In this document: positions 1-9,291 of the stretch, one piece after another | Layout of the letters: every line of letters starts with the position of its first letter | Numbering within the stretch: the first letter of the stretch is position 1 | IMG/VR virus record: IMGVR_UViG_3300047552_000359 | Coordinates: 1-63,417 of that record | DNA length: 63,417 nucleotides | Direction: 5' to 3' (one strand) | Origin: a virus | Taxonomy: Duplodnaviria; Caudoviricetes | Program-made: the position numbers and the translations under genes | The notes under the pieces: model-generated | What the model saw: the letters and a program-made list of their open reading frames with translations, nothing else | What the model was told of the DNA's origin: nothing | The model's database searches: none

Positions 1-44
1 TATCACCATGACAAAGGCACAAATCGACAAGCTCGTAGCAGACG
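1..44 (+). repeat. Terminal direct repeat / circular assembly overlap (left copy)
   Basis: 1-44 matches 63374-63417 except one base (C18 vs A63391). Confidence 0.95.
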
Positions 45-304
45 CAGTAGCGAAGGCCGTGCAGGATACGCTCGCATCCGTGAAGCAGGCTCCGGCGGCG
101 AAGGTCTATCAGGCCGAGATGTTCATGAAGGGCGAGAAGCTCACCGTACCCGAAGGGCACGTAGCCCTGCTCGTACCGGTGCTCACGACGGAGAAGCAGA
201 CTGGTAAGGGACTCCGCTACATCGCGGAGACTCGTGGGGTTGCGCTTCATCAGGCAACAGGTAAGGGCGTGAAGTTCGGCTTCTGGGCAACGGAAGCGGA
301 ATAG
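8..304 (+). CDS. Hypothetical early protein, GC-rich codon usage
   Basis: 98-aa ORF; AGGAGG RBS at 63367-63372 across the circular junction; followed by a strong terminator. Confidence 0.8.
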   Translation: MTKAQIDKLVADAVAKAVQDTLASVKQAPAAKVYQAEMFMKGEKLTVPEGHVALLVPVLTTEKQTGKGLRYIAETRGVALHQATGKGVKFGFWATEAE

Positions 305-317
305 TATGGAACGGAAT

Positions 318-346
318 GCGGGGGAGAAATCCCCCGCTTTTCTTTT
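318..346 (+). terminator. Rho-independent terminator
   Basis: GCGGGGGA-GAAA-TCCCCCGC hairpin followed by TTTTCTTTT. Confidence 0.9.
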
Positions 347-468
347 GTCTTTCTTTTGGGGCTAACGCCGTTAGCTCTCAAAACAAACACAAAAGACACG
401 CAACACACAAACAAAAGGAGATACAAATTATTAGTAAAATATGAAGTAGGTTACTACCCCTAACATAA

Positions 469-555
469 GCGGGATTGGTGGAAATGGTAGACACAAGGGA
501 CTTAAAATCCCTCGGCAGTAATGCCGTATCGGTTCGAGTCCGATATCCCGCACCA
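469..555 (+). tRNA. tRNA-Leu (anticodon TAA)
   Basis: GCGGGAT/ATCCCGC acceptor stem, AGGGA-CTTAAAA-TCCCT anticodon arm, long variable arm, GGTTCGAGTCC T-arm, encoded CCA. Confidence 0.95.
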
Positions 556-576
556 ATTAAACAAAGGAGATAGACT

Positions 577-765
577 ATGAAAACTACTGTAACTAGGAAA
601 GATAATAAGCCAATATTCAAACCAGTTATTCTAAATGTAGAGATTGTGTTGGGGTCAGTAGATGCTGTTGACCTCTTTAAGGAGGATATAGCTTATATAA
701 TAGACGCAGATAGAACATCAAGTTCCTTTGCAGCTATGTTGCTTAATATAAGAAAAGAACTTTGA
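577..765 (+). CDS. Hypothetical protein
   Basis: AAGGAG RBS upstream, 62-aa ORF. Confidence 0.65.
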   Translation: MKTTVTRKDNKPIFKPVILNVEIVLGSVDAVDLFKEDIAYIIDADRTSSSFAAMLLNIRKEL

Positions 766-829
766 TAACTTCCTGTTCTTCGAAGCTAAAAGTAGTTCAC
801 CCTAAAACCTCATAAAGGAGGCCATTACC

Positions 830-997
830 ATGAAGAAAACTTACCAAACATTCCCTATGAAAGCAGGTAGCACTTCACGTTGTTTCAACCTCGGCCACCG
901 TCAACAGATTACCCCACTGAATATGAATGCTCTGCCTTGCAACAATAAGTCCGAAGTTGTAAGGCTTAACGATAACATCGTAAGGCGTATTAAATGA
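830..997 (+). CDS. Hypothetical protein (55 aa, not in ORF track)
   Basis: AAGGAGG RBS, ATG at 830, MKKTYQTFPMK...IVRRIK. Confidence 0.6.
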   Translation: MKKTYQTFPMKAGSTSRCFNLGHRQQITPLNMNALPCNNKSEVVRLNDNIVRRIK

Positions 998-1105
998 TTT
1001 TATTTCTACCTTTATTATTAATTGTTGTTTGTTATATGATTATGCTTATTAAAAAACCAACTTGTTGTAGTTCAGACCATTACAATACAAAAAAAGGAGT
1101 AAGCA

Positions 1106-1306
1106 ATGACCACTACTATAACAGCAACATCAACTCCTAAGTGCGTATGCAAATCATGTGGTAAGCAGGGCTTTTGTAAGTACGAAGAACAAGTAAACAT
1201 GTCTTATTGTCCGACGTTCATTCGTAAGCGTATTGATGTGAAGAAAACACTCACTAACTCTCCCTTTAAAGTACTCTCTTCGCTTCATATTTCACCCAAG
1301 AAGTAA
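1106..1306 (+). CDS. Small Cys-rich hypothetical protein
   Basis: AAGGAG RBS; CVCKSC...C...C. Confidence 0.65.
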   Translation: MTTTITATSTPKCVCKSCGKQGFCKYEEQVNMSYCPTFIRKRIDVKKTLTNSPFKVLSSLHISPKK

Positions 1307-1447
1307 TAAAATATAAAAGGAGATACTTACTATGACTATGCTTAATATATATATTTATTTACAAGGATTCCTTCCCTTATATCAGTAAACAAAATTCTGT
1401 TTATAGCATTATTATTTTTAGACATTATACTAATTTTAACTTGGCTC

Positions 1448-1729
1448 ATGGAGTGCTCACTTAAAGCAAAGAAAACCCTTCTTAATATATCTACTCCCTT
1501 GACTTTAGTATTCTTATTTTTGCTTGTAGCTATACCTAATCAAAAGGAGTTGGCCGCTATATATTTGTTGCCTAAGATAGCTAACTCTAATGCTATGAAA
1601 GAGGCAGAGAAAGTGCCAGAGAATCTAGCTAAGATAATGCGATTGAAGTTGGATAAATATATACAGGATATGGAAGCTGACCTCACTCCACCGGTAAAGG
1701 AGAAGAAGAAAGATGAAGGTGATAATTAA
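1448..1729 (+). CDS. Hypothetical membrane protein (start uncertain)
   Basis: Hydrophobic segment LTLVFLFLLVAIP followed by a charged tail. Confidence 0.5.
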   Translation: MECSLKAKKTLLNISTPLTLVFLFLLVAIPNQKELAAIYLLPKIANSNAMKEAEKVPENLAKIMRLKLDKYIQDMEADLTPPVKEKKKDEGDN

Positions 1730-2046
1730 ACCTAAGGTAAGGATATTAATACCACCGGCTAGAAAGATTAAATCTATTAAAGACTATAACAGAATACAAA
1801 ATAAACAAACTATAAAGGAGCAATACAATGACTAAAATTAAAAGCTGTACTTGTACTTCTAAGCAACAAGATGATATGTATGGTGCAGGTAACAGGGTTA
1901 TGAACACTACTGTAAAAACCAATCCTACTATATATAGATGCACTGTATGTGGTAAGACTACAGAGTAATGTGTCAGTCTGGTTGTAGTTGTAAGAAGCCA
2001 TGTCCTACTTGCAATTGTAGTAAACAACAAGTAAAGGAGAGCACTA

Positions 2047-2655
2047 ATGGACGTTAAGAAGAAACTCTTTGAAGCGTATGGTCTTGAGTCCAAGGCATCT
2101 GCTATATATGATAATATATTCAACCACTTCACACCTAAACAACTTCAGAATATACAGCAGGCGTTGATTGATATCATCTTCTTAGGTGATTGTGAGTTGT
2201 TCAAAGAAATCAACGGCATCTATAAGAGTGAGTCTAAGCATGAGCTTAGTGAACAGCACTTGAAAGAGATTCAAGTCTTTCATCGTAGTGCTATGGCCTT
2301 TAGTAGAAGGAAGGCTAAAGAATCTGATTCAGTAATTGCGCTATTAGCTGAGTTGGAGCAGGTAGCTAACCCAGTTAGCCAGATAGTTTCTACTCCTACT
2401 CCTGCTAGTAGTACAGCAGATAGAAAAGAAAGAACAGTTAAACCAACAAAAGAGTTGACCGAAAAAGATGCAGAGAAGTTAATAGTAAAAGCACTGGATG
2501 TTATTAAGAGGAATGATGTTAAAGCCCTACTTCAACAAGCGTTGATTCAATTGAAGTTGAGTGTACCCATAGCACAAGGTAAACACTTCTGTGCTACTGA
2601 GAATCTCAATGAAACATTTACATCTGAAAGTAAAGGAAGTGCTTGGTGGCTATAA
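2047..2655 (+). CDS. Hypothetical protein
   Basis: AAGGAG RBS, 202-aa ORF. Confidence 0.7.
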   Translation: MDVKKKLFEAYGLESKASAIYDNIFNHFTPKQLQNIQQALIDIIFLGDCELFKEINGIYKSESKHELSEQHLKEIQVFHRSAMAFSRRKAKESDSVIALLAELEQVANPVSQIVSTPTPASSTADRKERTVKPTKELTEKDAEKLIVKALDVIKRNDVKALLQQALIQLKLSVPIAQGKHFCATENLNETFTSESKGSAWWL

Positions 2656-2930
2656 TAAAAGAATTATTCGAAGGATTAACTTATATAAATATAGAGGGTG
2701 ATAAAAGATTTAGAAAGCTAAATGAAGGTGAAGAAATAATAGAAGGAGACTTCTTTTTTGAAAGCGGTAAATACGATGTTTGTTTTGTAGGTAAATCTAA
2801 ATATACTCCCTTACGGATAGGGGGTAAAGCACAACATGAGGATAGTGGTTATGTTAATGTGTATCGGGTATTAACAACACCGAAAGGAAACAGACGACCA
2901 TGGTTACTTTCTTTAAGTGGTATACATTAG
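2643..2930 (+). CDS. TPKGN-motif small protein (RFRxLxxGExI family)
   Basis: ...VLTTPKGNRR; motif at 2877. Confidence 0.75.
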   Translation: MVAIIKELFEGLTYINIEGDKRFRKLNEGEEIIEGDFFFESGKYDVCFVGKSKYTPLRIGGKAQHEDSGYVNVYRVLTTPKGNRRPWLLSLSGIH

Positions 2931-3076
2931 CTGTATTTTTCTCGCTTATGCTTAGGATATATATCATAAGTTATGAATCTTATCCAAGAAAGATTAGTAA
3001 AGATACTGATGTATGGAGCGCAATTCTTAGTGTACCTTACCTTGCATTTCTTTTATTCTTATGGTTGGCATCATGA
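2900..3076 (+). CDS. Small membrane protein (58 aa, not in ORF track)
   Basis: ATG 23 nt after the TPKGN Thr codon; two hydrophobic segments; stop overlaps the ligase ATG (ATGA). Confidence 0.55.
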   Translation: MVTFFKWYTLAVFFSLMLRIYIISYESYPRKISKDTDVWSAILSVPYLAFLLFLWLAS

Positions 3077-3930
3077 AACCTATGCTTGCCTGTACTGTAT
3101 CAATAGATGAAGTAAATTACCCTTGCTATGTATCACCTAAGTTGGATGGTATACGTTGCCTTGCTATTAATGGGGTAGCATACTCACGTTCAATGAAAGA
3201 GATACGCAACAAGCACATCCAGAAATTCTTTCAAGATAATAATCTTGATGGGTTGGATGGTGAGTTGATTGTAGGTAGTACATTCTCTGAAACTTCTTCT
3301 GCTGTTATGGCAGTAGGTGGTACACCTGACTTCTCCTATCATGTCTTTGATTATCCTGCCTCTCATGCTACATTTAATGTACGCTTGTATAAACTTAAGG
3401 CGTATATTAAATCTCTCCAGCTAACTCAGTTAGTTCTTGTTCCTCAGTATGAAATAAATAATAAAGAAGAATTAAATAAGTATATAAGTTTGTTTCTTTT
3501 TCAAGGATATGAGGGTGCTATTACTCATTATCTTTATGGCTTGTATAAGCAAGGTAGAAGTACGCCAACAAGTCAGGAGCTACTCAAGTTCAAGCCCTTC
3601 CTTGATACAGAAGCAGTATGTATTGATTACATTGAACAGATGCAGAACAATAACGACTCATTCGAAGATGAGTTAGGCAGAACAAAGAGAAGCACACATC
3701 AAGCAGGTATGGTAGGTAAGGATACACTTGGTGCGTTAGTAGTAGACCACCTTGAGTTTGGTGTTCTATCTATAGGCACTGGCTTTGATGATGCTACTCG
3801 TAAAGCAATCTGGAATAATAAAGATAACATCTTAGGTAAGTTAATTAAGTTTAAGTATCAGGCAGAGGGCATGAAGGATAAACCTAGGTTTCCTGTGTAC
3901 TTAGGGATACGAGATGAATTGGATACATAA
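3073..3930 (+). CDS. lig: ATP-dependent DNA ligase
   Basis: KPMLA, SPKLDGIR adenylation motif, LDGEL, YEG, LLKFK, IGTGF, PRFP. Confidence 0.95.
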   Translation: MKPMLACTVSIDEVNYPCYVSPKLDGIRCLAINGVAYSRSMKEIRNKHIQKFFQDNNLDGLDGELIVGSTFSETSSAVMAVGGTPDFSYHVFDYPASHATFNVRLYKLKAYIKSLQLTQLVLVPQYEINNKEELNKYISLFLFQGYEGAITHYLYGLYKQGRSTPTSQELLKFKPFLDTEAVCIDYIEQMQNNNDSFEDELGRTKRSTHQAGMVGKDTLGALVVDHLEFGVLSIGTGFDDATRKAIWNNKDNILGKLIKFKYQAEGMKDKPRFPVYLGIRDELDT

Positions 3931-4129
3931 TATAAGAGAAGTACAATCAGAATTAGATTATGTAATTGGACGTTACCAAATTGATTGTAAAGAATGTCCA
4001 CATTTATGTATGAATAGTGGTGGCGATTGTTTATTAATTGGTTTAGATATAAGTGGTTGCCCTTCTAAAGCCAGTGTTATTTTATTTAACACCTCTAAAC
4101 GTACACCCAAGGGAAATAGAAAGGTATGA
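3914..4129 (+). CDS. TPKGN-motif Cys-rich small protein
   Basis: CKECPH...GCP...RTPKGNRKV. Confidence 0.75.
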   Translation: MNWIHNIREVQSELDYVIGRYQIDCKECPHLCMNSGGDCLLIGLDISGCPSKASVILFNTSKRTPKGNRKV

Positions 4130-4368
4130 ATGTTCCACAATTAATATTACATAAATTAAGCAACTTAACTTACTCTAAACGTGGAGAACCTATTGTGTCT
4201 TGCTTTTGTAATAGTTTACAACTTACAAATTGTCCTCATGTAAATCAATCTGCTATGCTATGTTTAATAGCAGATTTATGTATAGGTTGCCCTACAAGAA
4301 AGTCTTATCTTGACGCATATTCAAGAACCCCTAAGGGTAATAGATGGGCACGAGTGCGTAATGACTGA
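4126..4368 (+). CDS. TPKGN-motif Cys-rich small protein
   Basis: NCPH...CIGCP...RTPKGNRW; ATGA overlap with the previous gene. Confidence 0.75.
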   Translation: MNVPQLILHKLSNLTYSKRGEPIVSCFCNSLQLTNCPHVNQSAMLCLIADLCIGCPTRKSYLDAYSRTPKGNRWARVRND

Positions 4369-4434
4369 TAACTTTATGTTACTTATATTACTACTCTTTG
4401 CGTTAGGTGTACTAATTAAAGCGAGGAACTAACG

Positions 4435-4761
4435 ATGTTAGTTAAGATAGTAGGGGATTGTATCCATTATACCGTCGATGGTGTACCTAGGATATTTAAA
4501 TTAGGAGATGTTTATAAAATAGTAGATAGGCCCACTCACATTAATACAACACCACTTATATGGCCTGTTGGTACATTAGTTAAGATATATTCCTTAAGAT
4601 TATTTCTAGATGGTTTAAGTACATCTTGGTATACAGACGCAAACTACTCTCCAGTTGTAGATTGTACTAGTGTAGGTGAGGCAAAGACCTCCCTTAGATG
4701 GTGGGTAAGTTTACATTGTCTACAAAAAACTAAAACACCTAAAGGTAATAAGATAGTATAA
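4435..4761 (+). CDS. TPKGN-motif small protein
   Basis: FKLGDV...KTKTPKGNKIV; GAGG RBS. Confidence 0.75.
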   Translation: MLVKIVGDCIHYTVDGVPRIFKLGDVYKIVDRPTHINTTPLIWPVGTLVKIYSLRLFLDGLSTSWYTDANYSPVVDCTSVGEAKTSLRWWVSLHCLQKTKTPKGNKIV

Positions 4762-4941
4762 ATGCCAAAACAATTTGAGTATAAAATATTTTATCTTTGG
4801 ATTGATAAGGAGGATGTATTAAATAGGTTAGGTAAAGAGGGATGGGAATTAGTTTATGTAGATGGGAATGAATGCTATTTCAAAAGAGAGTTAAATGTAG
4901 TACAACCCAACATAATCAATAAGGAGAAAATCAATGAGTAA
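4762..4941 (+). CDS. DUF4177-like protein (59 aa, not in ORF track)
   Basis: FEYK...LNRLGKEGWELV...YFKR pattern. Confidence 0.65.
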   Translation: MPKQFEYKIFYLWIDKEDVLNRLGKEGWELVYVDGNECYFKRELNVVQPNIINKEKINE

Positions 4942-6592
4942 GATTAAAATCAATGTCGTAAGTGAAATAGTAGATGTAGTGAAATTTACTATTGCAGAAT
5001 CACCAAGAAACTCAGACTTTACGTACACTTCTGGGTATTTTATGCTCATTTCTGATGCAAGTCCTGAGTTTGTAGACAACTGCCTTTATGTATTAGGTAG
5101 TGATTCTACTGGTGATAGGGATGTACTGGAAGCATCTACAAAAGACTTTGCAAAACTCCTTGTAAGTATTGAGGAGTATAACGTACAAGTTTGTGGTTGC
5201 AAATCTAATATCCCTGACTTAATTAGTTGCTGTGGTCATCTGTATCTCAATGCAAAGGATTGTGCTTGTAAATTCCATACTTGCGCTATCTGCTCTAAAG
5301 TAAATCATGAAGATGACTCAAAATCTATAAATGTTATGGGTGACATTGTTTATATTTGTACGGAACACATTGAAGATAAAGTCTGCCTCATTTGTGGCAG
5401 TACAAATTATATGCTTCATCCTCATGCACAGCATGGTACTAATGTGCAAGTTTGTGAGCGTTGCATTAATAGTAACGTGCAGTTTGGACATCAGCACAAC
5501 TACTCATATAAGCCATCCCCCCTCTTCCATGATATAGTCAAAGGTAGGATTAAAAAGTATTCACTGGATGCCTTTAGGGATGATGTAGATAAAATTAATC
5601 GTAAGTTCTGGATGGGGCATGAAGTAGAGCAGCAGTTTCCGCAGGGAGCTAATCGTGGTATGTTGATTGGCGATATGGAATCTAAGCAGGGTAAGTTGAT
5701 TTACTGTAAATCTGATTCATCTATAGGTAATGGTACTGAGTGCGTTACTCATCCATTCTCTTGGGAATTCTATAAAAAGCGTAATTGGGATGGTATCCTC
5801 AATAAACAGGTAAAAGATTGGAGAAGTAGTGGTTGTAGTGTAGGCCATCATGTGCACATAAACAGAGGGGCATTCACAAGGTTGCATATGTATCGTTTTA
5901 TTAAATTCATGGCCACTAATCGAGCTTATGTTGAGTTCATTTCTCAGCGTAGTATGGAAAATTACTGCAAGTTTTCAGGAGATTCCCTCGCAAAAACTAA
6001 AAATAAGAGGAGCAGTGACCACTGTGATTTTATTAACATGACTCCTAATACAATAGAGTGGCGTGCTTTTGCTTCTCCTATTAACCTACTTGAGTTCAAA
6101 AAGAATGTTGAGTTTATATATGCTGCATATCTCTTCACAAAAGACCTCTGTAATAAAGAGTTGAAGAGTTCTTTATTTGAGTCTTATGTTATTACAAATA
6201 CAGAGGAGTACCCTAATCTCGCATCATATATTCATAATAAAAGCTCTGATAATGCGAGTCGATTCACACCTAATGAGGAGTATTCTGGGAATAGTCCCTC
6301 TAATATTAGGGCTGATGTGTGCTTTATTTGTAATAAGGGGGTAGTTAACACCACACAAATAATAAATCATGAGTTGGATACGCATGTTTATATTTGTGAA
6401 GAGCATATGAAAAATATCCCTATATGTAGTCATTGTGGAGCACCTTTTATCGGTGTCCAGAAGTTTGATGAGGATGGTGAATTGGTTTGTGAATTGTGCC
6501 ATGTTGATTTGCAATCTAGTAGTGATGTTCATGAAGTTAGGACATGTGAATACGACGATGAGATAGAGTACGATGAAGATTGTGATGATTAA
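4934..6592 (+). CDS. Putative amidoligase (COOH-NH2 ligase) with Cys-rich zinc-binding ends
   Basis: GHEVE, SDSSI, ECVTHP, GHHVH and TIEWRAF motifs; adjacent to GATase-II and ATP-grasp genes. Confidence 0.85.
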   Translation: MSKIKINVVSEIVDVVKFTIAESPRNSDFTYTSGYFMLISDASPEFVDNCLYVLGSDSTGDRDVLEASTKDFAKLLVSIEEYNVQVCGCKSNIPDLISCCGHLYLNAKDCACKFHTCAICSKVNHEDDSKSINVMGDIVYICTEHIEDKVCLICGSTNYMLHPHAQHGTNVQVCERCINSNVQFGHQHNYSYKPSPLFHDIVKGRIKKYSLDAFRDDVDKINRKFWMGHEVEQQFPQGANRGMLIGDMESKQGKLIYCKSDSSIGNGTECVTHPFSWEFYKKRNWDGILNKQVKDWRSSGCSVGHHVHINRGAFTRLHMYRFIKFMATNRAYVEFISQRSMENYCKFSGDSLAKTKNKRSSDHCDFINMTPNTIEWRAFASPINLLEFKKNVEFIYAAYLFTKDLCNKELKSSLFESYVITNTEEYPNLASYIHNKSSDNASRFTPNEEYSGNSPSNIRADVCFICNKGVVNTTQIINHELDTHVYICEEHMKNIPICSHCGAPFIGVQKFDEDGELVCELCHVDLQSSSDVHEVRTCEYDDEIEYDEDCDD

Positions 6593-6661
6593 AGTGTTTT
6601 GTAGTATTCTTAGTAGTAGACTTGTTAATAACTACAATCATTAATAAAAGGAGTAACATAT

Positions 6662-7654
6662 ATGTGTATTGCAATTGCTAAGTACAAGGGTAACTTCATC
6701 ACCAAAGAAACGCTGCAAAATTGTTGGGATTCTAATCCCGATGGAGCAGGGTTTGCCTATAAAAATGAAGAGGGGTCTGTTGTAGTACAGAAGTTTATGC
6801 GATTTGAAGATTTCTATAAAGCGTATGCTGAGATTGATAATCTTTATGGAGATACTCAAGATATGGTGATTCATTTTAGAATCACAAGTAGGGGAGCTAC
6901 TGCTATCTACAACTGCCATCCCTTTATTATTGATGATAAGATGGCATTTATTCACAACGGAACCATCACGTCAATGCCCATCAGCAAAGAACATGATTAC
7001 TCAGATACATTCATGTTCAATGAGTTGATTCTTAAAAAGTTGCCTGCGGGTTGGGAAGATAGCATTGGAGTAAAGCATCTTATAGAGGATATGATATCTT
7101 ACTCTAAGATTGTAGTACTTCATGTAGATAAAGGATTATATATTTACAATGAATCTAAGGGAGTTAAGTTTGGGGGTAATTGGTATTCTAATACTACATA
7201 TGAACCCTCACGAGTAATATACAGAGGCAAAAATTGGTGGAGGAAAGCAGATAGTGATACAAAAGATATAAAGTATATATCTCAGCATGAAGATTGGGAT
7301 TGGGAGAAAGAAACCTACAAAGAATATAAGGAGAGAATGGACGCAGAAGATAAAGAAAAAGCAAGACAAGAAGAACTATTCTTTCAGGAGTTAGCAGAGG
7401 ATGCAGATGAAGGTACTAAAGAAGTTGAGAATATTAGTGCCTCTATTCTCATCCCCTGTGATAAGTGTAATCATTGGGTAGACGAAGAGGATATGTATAC
7501 AATCAACACATCTAATATACCTCAGAAAATTGAGTTCTATTGTGAGGATTGTGTTATTGATTTGGAACGTAAATATATTCCTTATGAGCCTATCTATTTA
7601 GATGAAGCTAGGCAGAGGTCGCTATTCTTGCGTAAAGGAGTTAAGGTTCAATGA
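6662..7654 (+). CDS. Class II glutamine amidotransferase (Ntn hydrolase)
   Basis: N-terminal Met-Cys, NPDGAG, HFRITS, NCHPF, HNG, SDT. Confidence 0.92.
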   Translation: MCIAIAKYKGNFITKETLQNCWDSNPDGAGFAYKNEEGSVVVQKFMRFEDFYKAYAEIDNLYGDTQDMVIHFRITSRGATAIYNCHPFIIDDKMAFIHNGTITSMPISKEHDYSDTFMFNELILKKLPAGWEDSIGVKHLIEDMISYSKIVVLHVDKGLYIYNESKGVKFGGNWYSNTTYEPSRVIYRGKNWWRKADSDTKDIKYISQHEDWDWEKETYKEYKERMDAEDKEKARQEELFFQELAEDADEGTKEVENISASILIPCDKCNHWVDEEDMYTINTSNIPQKIEFYCEDCVIDLERKYIPYEPIYLDEARQRSLFLRKGVKVQ

Positions 7655-7893
7655 TTAATCCTGACTTAATAAAAAAGTTGCGGGGAATAGATAAGGCTGC
7701 TGCAGATTATTTGGAATTTGTAGTAGCAAAGTCTCCTAAACAGTTAGCATATCCTCGCATGTGTAATACTATAGACTCCTGTATGACTTGGGCAGATACA
7801 CCACAAGGACATGAATATTGGAATGACTTAGATAGTATAATTGGAAGAGTGCCTTATAACCCAAAAACCCTGAAAGGAAATAGAAGAATATGA
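7651..7893 (+). CDS. TPKGN-variant (TLKGN) small protein
   Basis: WADTPQGHEYW body; ends PKTLKGNRRI; ATGA overlaps on both sides. Confidence 0.75.
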   Translation: MINPDLIKKLRGIDKAAADYLEFVVAKSPKQLAYPRMCNTIDSCMTWADTPQGHEYWNDLDSIIGRVPYNPKTLKGNRRI

Positions 7894-8642
7894 AACTTTA
7901 TATGTATCCTTATAATATGGGTAGTGATTCCGCAAAGAAGATAGCACAAGCTTTGGAAATAGTTAGAGTATTTCCTGATGGTAAATATAAATCTAAAGAA
8001 GGTCATGCTATTATTAATTGGGGTAATAGCAGTCTACCTTCTTGGCATAAGGCAGATACAAAGTACCTTAATCACCCAACTCATGTTGGTAATGTTACTA
8101 ATAAGCTTAGGTGTTTTAATATACTGCAAAGGGCTGGTATTGCTATTCCTAAGTACTTCAGTTCTAAGCGGGATGTTATCCATTATACCGAAGGTCTTTC
8201 CGAATTCCCTATTATTTATTGCCGTACTAAATTGAGTGGGCATAGTGGTGAAGGTATTGTGCTAGCTAACAGTGTTAGTGAGTTAGTAGATGCCCCACTC
8301 TACACTGTATATTTTAATGCAAGAAAAGAGTGGCGAGTTCATGTATGTAATGGTAAGGTAATTGACTTTGCTAAGAAGGCCTACAAGAATAATGAAAGAC
8401 CTGATAGGCTTATTAGGAATGTGGCTAATGGTTGGATTTTTAGGCGGGGTGGTTTAGAGTTGCCTGATTATTTAGCTAAGGAATCTATTAAAGCTATTGA
8501 GGCTTGTGGTTTGGATTTTGGTGCAGTTGATATAGCTGAAGATAGGGAAGGAAATATGTGTGTTTATGAAATTAACTCTGCTTGTGGTGTAGGTGGGGAT
8601 ACTACATTAGAGAATTATGTGAGGGCTTTCAATGAGTACTGA
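7890..8642 (+). CDS. ATP-grasp enzyme (phiEco32-like)
   Basis: INWG, NKL, GHSGEGI, EWRVHV, GLDFGAVD, EINSA. Confidence 0.9.
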   Translation: MKLYMYPYNMGSDSAKKIAQALEIVRVFPDGKYKSKEGHAIINWGNSSLPSWHKADTKYLNHPTHVGNVTNKLRCFNILQRAGIAIPKYFSSKRDVIHYTEGLSEFPIIYCRTKLSGHSGEGIVLANSVSELVDAPLYTVYFNARKEWRVHVCNGKVIDFAKKAYKNNERPDRLIRNVANGWIFRRGGLELPDYLAKESIKAIEACGLDFGAVDIAEDREGNMCVYEINSACGVGGDTTLENYVRAFNEY

Positions 8643-8820
8643 TAAAATTGAAGTAGGTGATATTATTATCTCTAGTCATGTTAGGGGTAAGATAGTTTAT
8701 ATAGTTGATGATAGACTTTATGTAGAGTTAGAGATTGCAGGATTAGGTTGGAATAGTGAAATAAGTGATTATATGATAGTAAAGAAAGGATTAACTCCTA
8801 AAGGAAACAGAAGATTATGA
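8632..8820 (+). CDS. TPKGN-motif small protein (IxVGD family)
   Basis: IEVGDII...GLTPKGNRRL. Confidence 0.75.
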   Translation: MSTDKIEVGDIIISSHVRGKIVYIVDDRLYVELEIAGLGWNSEISDYMIVKKGLTPKGNRRL

Positions 8821-9035
8821 ATTATTTTGATGCATTTCCTTCTGAATATGGTAAATACTTTAGTAAACAAGATGAATTATTTCCTGTAATATGTACTAAT
8901 TGCAATAAATCATTTAGGTTACATTTTGAATTTTTACGTGTAGTATATTGTAATTCAAGACATAATGACAAATTTAATGCACCTAGGTTACTTACTCCAA
9001 AGGGGAATAAGAGATGCAGTATACCTTCAAGATAG
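8817..9035 (+). CDS. TPKGN-motif small protein (FPxEY-CxxC-H-C family)
   Basis: FPSEY...CTNC...H...C...LTPKGNKR. Confidence 0.75.
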   Translation: MNYFDAFPSEYGKYFSKQDELFPVICTNCNKSFRLHFEFLRVVYCNSRHNDKFNAPRLLTPKGNKRCSIPSR

Positions 9036-9268
9036 GCGATAGGGTTATAATAAATAAAGACTGTCCAAGCTACGATGATGGCATAACCGGCACATTGTTT
9101 CATATATGTCCAGAAAAAGATGCAGGATTAATGCATAGGGATGATGGGGATGGTTGGGATGATAATGAAGATGGCATAGGAGAAGTAACTAATGCTTGGT
9201 ACGTTAATTTATGTAGCTTAAGCCCACTAAATACACCAAAAGGAAATAGACGATATGTTAAGCAATAA
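9014..9268 (+). CDS. TPKGN-motif small protein (IGDRV family)
   Basis: FKIGDRV...DGW...LNTPKGNRR. Confidence 0.75.
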   Translation: MQYTFKIGDRVIINKDCPSYDDGITGTLFHICPEKDAGLMHRDDGDGWDDNEDGIGEVTNAWYVNLCSLSPLNTPKGNRRYVKQ

Positions 9269-9291
9269 AGAAAGAGATAAATAAAGGAGAG

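Noticed and set aside
378-620. 80-aa - strand ORF
   Set aside because: Overlaps the tRNA-Leu gene on the opposite strand.
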